Below, piece after piece: positions 34,037-43,102 of a stretch of 47,250 nt of DNA (positions are counted from its first letter, which is position 1; each line of letters opens with the position of its first letter). The notes beneath the pieces are model-generated. The model searched no databases. It had not been told where the DNA came from and saw nothing but the letters and a program-made list of their open reading frames with translations. The stretch is from Aduncisulcus paluster (Eukaryota), in assembly GCA_024181965.1 (NCBI GenBank), contig BQXS01013841.1, forward strand, positions 1-47,250, in the 5' to 3' direction. Position numbers and translations under genes: made by a program.

Positions 34037-35134
34037 ATGAGTTCTTCTACCGATATACAAATTGTAGAACCCGAGTTTATTCATGAAGGGGATATTGATT
34101 GCTGTCCAATTCCTGGAGATGCCCCGAATATTAAGAATCCAGAATTTCCAACAATCACGGGAATCAATGAAACCGAGGAAGAAGATGACGGAGAGTACGA
34201 TCAAAGTGTAAAAGCACAAAAGATGATGAAAGGAGAGTATAATGACGGATCGTTTACCCATATCTCCATTCCTTTCTCCTCATGTTCCCCAATGAAAGGG
34301 GCATATATCTGTCTAATTGGTGGTTTGTATCATCCAGAATATCTTACCTTCACTCTCACATCTTCGAAGGGTGATAAAATATCCAAGAAATACGAATTTA
34401 CTGAATTTGAAGCTTGGCATTGGTATTTCCTTCCTGTTAATCTCCATGATGTTGTTTTGTGTGAGATTAGAGGGAAAGGAAGAGAAGAAGAGTATTTTTG
34501 TATCGAATCCCTTGTTTTCATTAGACAAGAAACTTCTGAAGAAATCAAAGCTCGTGAAGCCAGAGAAAAACTATGGTCTGAAGCTCCAGTAGTGAAACCA
34601 GAGTTTGTAAAGGAAGGAGATATCGATTGGTTTTGTACAGATAAAGATTCTATTCCCATTCCACGAGATGATCCAAAGCTTGTAGATCCTTCATTCTCAA
34701 TGGTTAAGTGCAAGAAAGATTCATATAGTAAGGAATCTAAGTGGTATGATCAGAGTTCAGAAGCACAAAGAATGTTAAAAGGAGAATGTGGTGTATGGTT
34801 ATCCCATCTTTCCATCCCTTTTCCATCACCTAGTCCAATGAAAGGTGCTTATATCTGTGTGAAAATATTTAATAGTTCCCCATTTCTTCTCTTCACTTTC
34901 ACTGATTGTGATGGCAAGAAGACATCCAAGAAGTATGAATTTACAAGACCTAAACATTGGCGTGAATGGCACTTCCTTCCTATTGATTTGATGAATGTTG
35001 TGTTATGTGAGATTGAAGGGAAAGGAACATGGCGTAATAAGAATAGTCGACATTTCTTTATCGACTCCCTTGTATTTACTATGCCAGAAGAAATTATTGC
35101 AGCTGAACGACTATCTCTACTTCCATGGAAATAA
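34037..35134 (+). CDS. Copy B of the uncharacterised two-domain family (365 aa, MSSSTDIQIVEPEF)
   Basis: Intact ORF, collinear with copy A and with the same two tandem units. No signal peptide or TM segment is evident. Confidence 0.88.
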   Translation: MSSSTDIQIVEPEFIHEGDIDCCPIPGDAPNIKNPEFPTITGINETEEEDDGEYDQSVKAQKMMKGEYNDGSFTHISIPFSSCSPMKGAYICLIGGLYHPEYLTFTLTSSKGDKISKKYEFTEFEAWHWYFLPVNLHDVVLCEIRGKGREEEYFCIESLVFIRQETSEEIKAREAREKLWSEAPVVKPEFVKEGDIDWFCTDKDSIPIPRDDPKLVDPSFSMVKCKKDSYSKESKWYDQSSEAQRMLKGECGVWLSHLSIPFPSPSPMKGAYICVKIFNSSPFLLFTFTDCDGKKTSKKYEFTRPKHWREWHFLPIDLMNVVLCEIEGKGTWRNKNSRHFFIDSLVFTMPEEIIAAERLSLLPWK

Positions 35135-35224
35135 CCAGTTGTTTGGCAAATGTCTGATATGAATCACATCATAATGACAGATGCAGATGTTGATGATCAA
35201 AGATTTTTATTTTCTATTCTTCAT

Positions 35225-36901
35225 CTATTTCGCTTCTTCCTCTCTCAATATTTTTGCAAATTTAGATGCCTCTTCACCTGTTTTGAAATTGAAAGCGAAT
35301 GTGATCATTTCTTGTTTCTTCAATTTCATATTGAGTGTGTCAATTTCCTTTTGAATCTCTGATTTCTTTTCTTCTGATTTCTCACTTTCCAATTTACCCT
35401 TTTGGTATCCAATTTCTGCATTAATTCCATGAGTACGGACTTCTTCATCGATAGCATTCAAAAGAATGACAATGACCCTCTTTGTGTTGCTAACAGACGC
35501 CTTGAGTCCCTTGTATACGGTAGCACAGATCACAATCTTTCCGGTCATCTCATTCCGACTCGTCACACATGCACGTTGGCCAGTCTCAGCGTTGTGACCG
35601 ACAACACTCGTCACACACACGCCACGTTCAACCCACTCCTTCTCTCCATCCATGACACGCAGGGAGAATATCTTGGTCCTTGTGGAGAACAGGGAAGCGG
35701 AGGATGCAAGATCGGCAGTCTTCAGAGACGATTCCTTTGGTTGTGCGGTAGGCTGCTTGAGGGATTTCTTGGACAGGGGTTGGGTATGGGCGAAGGGAGA
35801 GGAACCTCCAAAGAGTGAAGATGATGCGAGGGTTTCTTCACTCTGCTTGGTATCTGATTTGGCACTCTCAGAGGAGCTCTTGAAGGAGAAACCAGTGTTT
35901 CCGAAGGCTTTCTTCCTCTCAGAATCGTCACCGGCAGCAAGAGAGCTGAACAATGACATACTGTTGGTGCCTTCTTTTATGTTACTGAACATACTGCCTC
36001 CAAAGGGCATGGATGGGTCGGAGGGTGCAGAAGAAGAGGCAGAAGATTCGAAGAGAGAACCGAATAAACTCTTCCCAGGTTGGGAAGAAGAAGTGGACTC
36101 ACCTTTCACAGTGTCTTGAGAACCAAACAGACTGGACTTTTTATCAGACTTCACAGCAACTTCTTCTTCTCTCTTCTCATCCGGTTGTTGATGAGGTTGC
36201 TCTTCTTCGACCTTTTCCAGGTCATGAAATGAACCGAATAAACTCTTCCCAGACTCTTCAGGCTCCTTAGTCTCAGTCGATCCAAAGAGAGCGTTGGTAG
36301 ATCCTGAAGATGGGCCAAAAAGGGCTGCTGTAGCATCATCTTTATCAGAGGTACCAAAAAGAGAAGGGCCAGAGGAAGAGAATAAGGAGGAAGGAACAGA
36401 TTCTGCTGGCATATCAACTTTTTTGGCAGGAATAATATCAACAAGTTCTTTTTCAGGAATAGTTTCTTTTTCAGGTTCTTGCGCGGCTTCATTCTTCTGT
36501 TGTTCCAGATATTCCCGCATGCTCTTTCTATAGGCCTTTCTCGCAATATGTTCATTTCTTGCTTGTTCTCTCAATTTTCTGATATCATTTTTGCTATTTT
36601 TGATATCTTGCTTCTTTCCTTTCTTCTTGGCATAATCATACTCAGCTTGAATGCATTGCAATTCAAATAACAAATCTTTCCGATTGGTTTTAGGATCAAC
36701 TGGTTTGGAAAGTTTTGGTTTGACAGTTTTTTTCACAACAGGTGCATCGGGAACCGATGAAAAGTTCCAACTTATACCAGACGTGTCTATCTTCTTTGAT
36801 TTCTTTTTAAGACGCCTAATACTGCGGGGCTTATCCAATAATTTCATCGGTATAATCTCTTCATCACGATTACGGAAAGGATTGGGTTCGTCGTCCTCCA
36901 T
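35225..36901 (-). CDS. FG (SLFG)-repeat protein with a C-terminal Ran-binding domain; Nup2/Nup50- or Yrb2/RanBP3-like
   Basis: About 10 xLFG/xLFS/FG motifs in a Ser-rich region, followed by RanBD hallmarks LFSTRTKIF..EWVERG...R....RNEMTGKIV and FAFNFKTGEEASKF. Confidence 0.8.
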   Translation of the reverse strand: MEDDEPNPFRNRDEEIIPMKLLDKPRSIRRLKKKSKKIDTSGISWNFSSVPDAPVVKKTVKPKLSKPVDPKTNRKDLLFELQCIQAEYDYAKKKGKKQDIKNSKNDIRKLREQARNEHIARKAYRKSMREYLEQQKNEAAQEPEKETIPEKELVDIIPAKKVDMPAESVPSSLFSSSGPSLFGTSDKDDATAALFGPSSGSTNALFGSTETKEPEESGKSLFGSFHDLEKVEEEQPHQQPDEKREEEVAVKSDKKSSLFGSQDTVKGESTSSSQPGKSLFGSLFESSASSSAPSDPSMPFGGSMFSNIKEGTNSMSLFSSLAAGDDSERKKAFGNTGFSFKSSSESAKSDTKQSEETLASSSLFGGSSPFAHTQPLSKKSLKQPTAQPKESSLKTADLASSASLFSTRTKIFSLRVMDGEKEWVERGVCVTSVVGHNAETGQRACVTSRNEMTGKIVICATVYKGLKASVSNTKRVIVILLNAIDEEVRTHGINAEIGYQKGKLESEKSEEKKSEIQKEIDTLNMKLKKQEMITFAFNFKTGEEASKFAKILREEEAK

Positions 36902-37259
36902 ATTCGACACAAAACTTCATTTTTTTTTTATGATTGCAAAAAGAAATTCTTATTTTGCATCAATAAAATAATAATAAAAACTGATAAATATAACATGATA
37001 TATTTCTCAACAGAGGAATTTATTTTGATTCACATGGTAAGTTATCAACGTTTTTGGTAGTATTATTTAGAGAAAATGGAAATGTGATTGGAGCAAAAGA
37101 AAGTTTCTCTTGTACAATATTCATAATAAGCACATCATATGTCATTATTATCTAACAAACAACTTATAACAAAATCACTGATCCAATCTGAGTCAAAGTT
37201 TGACTGGAAGACTCAAGTGTTTGCAAATAGGAAAAAAAGTTCAAATATTTCAGAATTAA

Positions 37260-39212
37260 TTACACAAAGAATACTTGCCCGTTATCACCGGGATTAAATT
37301 CAGCAAAATGTATTATCAGGGCAACCACGACACCAAGTACAATGATGCCACCGGTTGTCCCAATGATAAAGTATCTAATACTTCCCTTTTCAGTGCCTTT
37401 GGATTTCTTTTCAATCTCCTTTATGAATTTCTTGAACATGTTCTGAAGGAAATAACCCAATCCTTGCTCAAAAACCATGAAATTGATTAATGCAATAATA
37501 AAATCGATCAAAAACATCAAAATCCAGGTCAATAAAAATGCTGCAATGGGGGTAGAATACACCCATGTTCCTAATTTAGTCGTTGAGAAACTGAACCATT
37601 CCTCCAACCTTTCCAGAGGCTGAAGTTTCCATATCACTTTTTCTCCAAAGAAGTGAGTTACATAAAGTGAGAAAGAAAGGCGTCCAATTACGGACATTGG
37701 TGAATATCTCATGAGAAAGTTCAGGATTAAGCTGTAATCAAGACTAGCGAATAAGATAATCAATTCGTAAGGGAAAGCTGTCAAAGGCCTCCCTAATATC
37801 TCAGCAATCTTCCGTAAATACATTGGAATCGAAGGGAATGACCAATTTGATACCCACTTGCGCAATTTCAAAGAATTGAAAAAGCTAAGCGATATGAATA
37901 GATCGCCAAATATTCTGAATATTATGGATGGTTTGGTATTTGAAGCGTTGATAATGGATGTTTTGTATAGTAGAAGAGCCAATTTACGTCTGATGGAATG
38001 CTTTTGTTCGAGAGGGATAACAGGAAGAATATGGAGCTTTTCTTTTTCCGTATCATTCTTCCCTTTTTCCTTCTCTTCTTCTTCCTCTCTTTCTTTGCGT
38101 TCGATTTCAAGAATATGATCTCTTTCGGCAATTCCTTTCTCCTCGGCTTGCTTGATCCGTTCAAGCATTTTAACTTGACGACGGTTCTTAATCTCGTTAA
38201 AAACAAGCCAGCCACCCATTCCAAGAATATATTGGGCAAGGCGACCACAGATAGGCCAGCAATAGATCATACTTCTTGCAAACTGAGATATCTCCGCGCC
38301 TTCTTCTTTAGGAAACACACGAGTGGTCATAGCAGAGAGGTAATGGAACCCTGGACCAGTAATAAGGAAAAGAGGAATAATAAACACAAGAAGAGCAATG
38401 AAGAAACCCTTGGAGAAGGGTTTTGGAGTGGTTGGTGGAAGAGGGGAAAGATTAACTTTAGGAATTAGGGTTTTGGTGGTTGGAAGCTCAAAGTCATTCG
38501 TTTTTTCAACAGTTTGGTCAGATTTAACATCCGATTCAGAGGTTTTTATGACTTTATCAGTCTGAGTAACATCAGGAACAACAGAAGCAACATCGCTCGA
38601 TTTGGTCTCAGTTTTCTTGCTATCCCTGTGATGGAAATAATGATATATCGTGAAAATAATTGAAACAACATATGGTGCCGCCATGGCTAACCATACTTCA
38701 ACAGAATTGCTCCAGAGATGCCCAGCAAGGCACCATTCCCAGGAAACCCAACAACTGACAAATAAAACATGGAGAAGGAGTGTCATTGGCTTCTTATCTG
38801 TCGATAATAGACCAAATCGCATCGAAATGAGAGCATCGATAATTGGAACGATGACGGCAGGCCACAAACGAAGGGCTCTGCGGAATACAAAGATAGAAAC
38901 ATCTTTTACAGATGGTGTTTGTCCAAATTTAGTGCGTCTCCAAAGGGACTGAATTGTGAAGAAACCTGAGAGGAAGAAAAAAACATCAACAATCCAACCT
39001 GATATCACAAACTTGCTATTTACAACCTTATTAAACAAATCTACAGTTTGTGGGAACATCATTTTGTAGTCAATTACCCAATGAGCGCTCATAACACAGC
39101 AGGTAAGCAAAGCTCGATACCCATCCAAATGGGCAAGAGCACTACGACCAGGAGGTGGAGAAAATACACCCTTTACAGATTGTACAATGTGAGCAAATAC
39201 ATTTTTGCTCAT
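37260..39212 (-). CDS. Acyltransferase family 3 (OafA/NRF-6-type) multi-pass membrane O-acyltransferase
   Basis: LDGYRA....V...H, VDVFFFLSGF, RRALRLWP, GHLWSNSVE and GRLSFSLYVTH, plus about 10 or more hydrophobic segments. Confidence 0.88.
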   Translation of the reverse strand: MSKNVFAHIVQSVKGVFSPPPGRSALAHLDGYRALLTCCVMSAHWVIDYKMMFPQTVDLFNKVVNSKFVISGWIVDVFFFLSGFFTIQSLWRRTKFGQTPSVKDVSIFVFRRALRLWPAVIVPIIDALISMRFGLLSTDKKPMTLLLHVLFVSCWVSWEWCLAGHLWSNSVEVWLAMAAPYVVSIIFTIYHYFHHRDSKKTETKSSDVASVVPDVTQTDKVIKTSESDVKSDQTVEKTNDFELPTTKTLIPKVNLSPLPPTTPKPFSKGFFIALLVFIIPLFLITGPGFHYLSAMTTRVFPKEEGAEISQFARSMIYCWPICGRLAQYILGMGGWLVFNEIKNRRQVKMLERIKQAEEKGIAERDHILEIERKEREEEEEKEKGKNDTEKEKLHILPVIPLEQKHSIRRKLALLLYKTSIINASNTKPSIIFRIFGDLFISLSFFNSLKLRKWVSNWSFPSIPMYLRKIAEILGRPLTAFPYELIILFASLDYSLILNFLMRYSPMSVIGRLSFSLYVTHFFGEKVIWKLQPLERLEEWFSFSTTKLGTWVYSTPIAAFLLTWILMFLIDFIIALINFMVFEQGLGYFLQNMFKKFIKEIEKKSKGTEKGSIRYFIIGTTGGIIVLGVVVALIIHFAEFNPGDNGQVFFV

Positions 39213-39466
39213 TTTAAAATATTGACCTTGGGCAAAACTTTTTTTCCGAATCAGAAAATCATCTTCAAAAAATCTGCCTGACAGATATTTATTTATTTTT
39301 CATCTAAATGCAGAGAAATTATGGAAATATGATCTTAATGGATAAAAAAATATAAAAATACATGACAATCCATTATTATTTGTATTTTATGAGGTGAAAA
39401 ATGAGGTACAAACAAAAGCAATAAAATCATCAAAAAAAGTATAAAAGAATATTTTATTATTCAGCC

Positions 39467-40038
39467 TTAAGCACGTTGCTTCTCACGGATACCCAAGAAA
39501 AGAGATCTAAGACCAATACCGGCGACCTTGATAACTTTGAATCTGATACCGGGACGATCTCCACAAGCACGACCCTTACGACCCATACCAGTGATGATAA
39601 CTTCGTCATGCTCATCAATGAAGTTAAGACAACCATCGTTAGGAACGAAAGCAGCAAGACACTTACCATTCTTGGTGAGCTGAACACGAACACACTTACG
39701 CACAGCGGAGTTGGGCTGCTTGGCAGCAACACCCCTAAAATAATATAATAAAGAAAATTAATATGGTGTTGTTATATAATAATATTGATTTTAAATCGGG
39801 GATTATTGGAAATGAAACAAATGAGATGAATAAGATAAACAAACAAACAAATACGCATTTCTTAATCAAAAAAGACATACATCTTATCAGTAACGATACC
39901 CTTGGCCATACAAGCACCACCGAGAGGACTAGACTTAACCCAATCACCAAGGTGAGATTTCTTGTATCTCTGATCACGCCAACGTTGAACTTGCCTGTGC
40001 TTTTTCAATTTTCTAGCATTCCTAATTCCAGAACCCAT
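39467..40038 (-). CDS. RPS23: 40S ribosomal protein S23 (uS12), 141 aa; exons 40038-39881 and 39734-39467, 146-nt intron at 39880-39735
   Basis: Spliced product [22 protein letters not shown]...[26 protein letters not shown]...[12 protein letters not shown]...[10 protein letters not shown]. Intron is GTATGT...TTTTAG. Confidence 0.96.
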
Positions 40039-40452
40039 TTTCTAAAAGTGGTAAGCGAGTCAAACAGGAAAGGCTTGAAAATCACCTTTGATCCCAAAAT
40101 AGAATCGATGAGAACATCTCCGTTCTACTGAAGAAATAGGGAAAAATATATAAGGAATTCAAAAAAATATAATAAAATTGTCTTGTATATGTTTTTTCGG
40201 ATAATTTATGGAATTTTATTGGCTCATTAACGCGCCGATGTACAAATTGAAACAAATTCAATTTTCTACAAAAAATGTAAGTATAAAATTTACTTTTTAG
40301 TATAAGGCTCAACTATCAAGCTTCGAGAAGATAGGATTCTGTGATTATAGAACGTTTTATTGAATAAATTAGGTTTTCAGAAGGTCACATACGAGAAAAT
40401 AAACGAAAGAAAAGAAAAAAAAAAGAAACTCAAATGGCATCAATCAAAATAA

Positions 40453-41160
40453 TTATTTTTTCATTAATCCATCAAACATATCCAAGTAACGAGGATTACT
40501 TTGACTCATAGCGGAGAATTCATCCCAATCAATGGTTCCATTTTTATCAGTGTCAGCAATCCTAAAAACTTCCTTCACAAGTTTGGCAATTTTCTTTGTT
40601 CCGGCGACCATTCCAGCAGATTCAAGACTCATGGTGAAGATTTCTTTAAGTTCAGATTCATCGATATCTCCGCTCTTATCGACATCGAAGATGCTAAAAG
40701 CAAATTTCATCTTCTTCTCCAATTTGGCCTTGAAAACTTTTGTCTCCTCTTCGTTCATATCCTCTTTTTTGCCTTGGATGGGTTTTAGCAATTCCATGGC
40801 ACAAACATACTCCTCGAAGTCAACTTCTCCATTTCCATCGACATCAATTGTACTAATGAGACGTTCAATGAAAACATTTCTCTCCTCTGAACCACCGGCC
40901 ATAACTCGGGCAAATTCATCAACTGGGATATACAACAACTTTTGGGCTGGGATCTTTTCAGCATCAACTTCACTAACAATTAATTCCTTTTCCATATCGG
41001 TTTTCATTGATTCGGCCACTTCATCATGGTCCTTCTCATTAGCAAGAACACAGTAGTCATCCCAATAAGCTTTAATGTGACCTTTGGGAATATCAAAAGT
41101 TTTTTCAAGATTAAGAATGTATTCCTTTTCTAAAGAATGTGATGATTGACAACAACCCAT
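40453..41160 (-). CDS. Calcineurin B/NCS-like EF-hand calcium sensor with an N-terminal myristoylation/palmitoylation motif
   Basis: MGCCQS N-terminus. Three canonical EF loops: DVDGNGEVDFEE, DVDKSGDIDESE and DTDKNGTIDWDE. KMKFAFSIFD motif. Confidence 0.9.
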   Translation of the reverse strand: MGCCQSSHSLEKEYILNLEKTFDIPKGHIKAYWDDYCVLANEKDHDEVAESMKTDMEKELIVSEVDAEKIPAQKLLYIPVDEFARVMAGGSEERNVFIERLISTIDVDGNGEVDFEEYVCAMELLKPIQGKKEDMNEEETKVFKAKLEKKMKFAFSIFDVDKSGDIDESELKEIFTMSLESAGMVAGTKKIAKLVKEVFRIADTDKNGTIDWDEFSAMSQSNPRYLDMFDGLMKK

Positions 41161-41437
41161 TTGTTAGACTTAGTTACCAAAACCCAATTTCTCATTGGCG
41201 TTGATGAATTCATAAGAGTCTATTTGAAGAATCACATTATTTTTCCATTAAAAACTAATATTATATAGAGACCTATTTTAATTTAGCCCAAATCGCTCAG
41301 AATGATGTTTTGAATCTTTCAAAGAAATTTCTTCCTCTTTTGGAGTTTTGCTGGAGATTTGGCATTCGCGTCATCAAAGTCCGGATGAGATATTTATCAA
41401 AGAGATTTGATTTGACATCGATAGTCACACATCAGTT

Positions 41438-43102
41438 TTACTCATCGAGTTGTAACTCAGAAGACTCGGATAATTCAAAATGAGAGAGTTCTGATTCTTC
41501 TTCCTCAGGTTCATCCTTTTTCTCAGCAAGAATTTCTTCAGATTGTTTAAATAATGACGTACCAGCATTTGTACTAGCCCCGATATCGGCAGGAGTATTA
41601 TCAGTTCCAAACAAAGCCATTGACGAAGGATCTGAAGTTCCAAATAAAGAAGTAGAAGCGTCACTAACACCAAACAAGCTTTCGAGCCCTTCTCCTTGCT
41701 TTTTGGGCTGGTTTATCTGTTTCTCCTCTTCTTCTTTTAGCTTTCTCTCTTTTTCTTCCTCTTCTTTTTGTATTTTCATTTTTAAACGGTCGTTATCCTC
41801 TTTTTGTTGTTTTTTCTTGAGAAGATCTTCCTCTTCTCTCTTTCTTCTCTCAGCCTCAAGCTTCTCTTGGCGGTTTCTTTCAATTTCTTGCTCTCTCTCA
41901 ATCTCACGGTCTTCAAAACGGGCAGTTGGGAACACATTCACTCCACTCTCGGCTATAACCGTTTCAGCACCGGTAACAACCGATGAATTGCCGGTGATAG
42001 CCGAAGAAACAAATGTAGTCATGGGACTAGCTGTGAAACTATTGCCCAAAGTACCATGACTATGGAAAGAATGACTTGGCGCTGATTCCTTGTGCAGTTT
42101 TTTGTCTTCTTCATGCTCTCTTGATGCTGCCTCCTCTTCTTCTTTCTCTCTCACAGCTTGGGCAATCCTTTCTTTCTTTCTCTCCTCTTGCTCGACTTGA
42201 CTGCGAGTGAGGAAAGAGTCGAGAGCACCCATAAGCTCTGCAGTGGATGGTTTCTTTCCAATCATCGAAGAATTCATTGATTTGGCAAAATGAGAAGGAG
42301 ATTCAGAAGCACCTAGATGGAGGGCACTCTGACCGCCGACAAAGGATGAATTCAAGCTCTTTTGATGCTCAAGTTCATCAGACAATCTCACAATCTGTTC
42401 ATGCTGGGATTTAACGACAGATGAGAGATCAAAAAGATGTTGAGAACTACTTGAAGAAATGGGTTGAGTTTCTTTAGGCTCAGGTTGAACAACTTTTTGT
42501 CTCTTCAGGGGACGTTTGAATTCGGCTTCATGTTCAGCTTCAGACTCGTCTTCATCAGTACTAAATTCATCAATATCCAACGAAGTTTTTCGATGACGCC
42601 TGGAACGGGGAAGAGATTCAGACTGAGTAATATTGGTTGAAGGAGGGGGAGGGACCATAAATATACATACCGGAGGGAAAAAGGGGAAGGGAGGGGGTTG
42701 CATGGTGGTACTTGAATCTTTTATCTCGGTAGAATCACTAGAATCAGATGTTTCCTTGCTCTCTTTCTTAGATTGATCTTTTTGTTGCTGCTGCTGAAAT
42801 TGTTGCATCATTTGCATTTGTTGTTGGTATATAGCAGACATCATTTGGGGATTAAATAAAGGGTAAGGAGCGGATTGACCAAAAGGAGCCTGTGAATATG
42901 GATATTGTCCAGGAAAACCAAATGGTTGAGGAGATGACATTGACTTTTCTTTCTTAGATGATTTTTTCCCTTTTTTATCATCCTTCTTAGAACCTTTAGC
43001 CTTTGATTCAGAGGAAGAAGAAAAAGGCCATCCAAACAACGGAGCCATTGGCATCATTTCAGGCTGATATTGAGCGCCAAATGAAAATGGATTTTGACTC
43101 AT
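41438..43102 (-). CDS. Hypothetical low-complexity protein with a Pro/Gln/Phe-rich N-terminus, coiled coils and C-terminal LFG motifs (~554 aa)
   Basis: Long ORF; first ATG at 43102 (MSQNPFSFGAQ). Confidence 0.75.
   Translation of the reverse strand: MSQNPFSFGAQYQPEMMPMAPLFGWPFSSSSESKAKGSKKDDKKGKKSSKKEKSMSSPQPFGFPGQYPYSQAPFGQSAPYPLFNPQMMSAIYQQQMQMMQQFQQQQQKDQSKKESKETSDSSDSTEIKDSSTTMQPPPFPFFPPVCIFMVPPPPSTNITQSESLPRSRRHRKTSLDIDEFSTDEDESEAEHEAEFKRPLKRQKVVQPEPKETQPISSSSSQHLFDLSSVVKSQHEQIVRLSDELEHQKSLNSSFVGGQSALHLGASESPSHFAKSMNSSMIGKKPSTAELMGALDSFLTRSQVEQEERKKERIAQAVREKEEEEAASREHEEDKKLHKESAPSHSFHSHGTLGNSFTASPMTTFVSSAITGNSSVVTGAETVIAESGVNVFPTARFEDREIEREQEIERNRQEKLEAERRKREEEDLLKKKQQKEDNDRLKMKIQKEEEEKERKLKEEEEKQINQPKKQGEGLESLFGVSDASTSLFGTSDPSSMALFGTDNTPADIGASTNAGTSLFKQSEEILAEKKDEPEEEESELSHFELSESSELQLDE

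Larger units (their letters stand above)
33343..35134 (+). repeat. Right arm of the ~1.8-kb inverted duplication (partner 26318-28081)
   Basis: See the left arm. Homology starts at tcattgatcctgcaaata and ends at the stop codon. Confidence 0.95.

Noticed and set aside
26318-35134. Composite transposon or diversity-generating retroelement
   Set aside because: There is no transposase or reverse transcriptase in the window, no terminal repeats or target-site duplication were seen at the outer ends, and the differences between copies are not adenine-specific.
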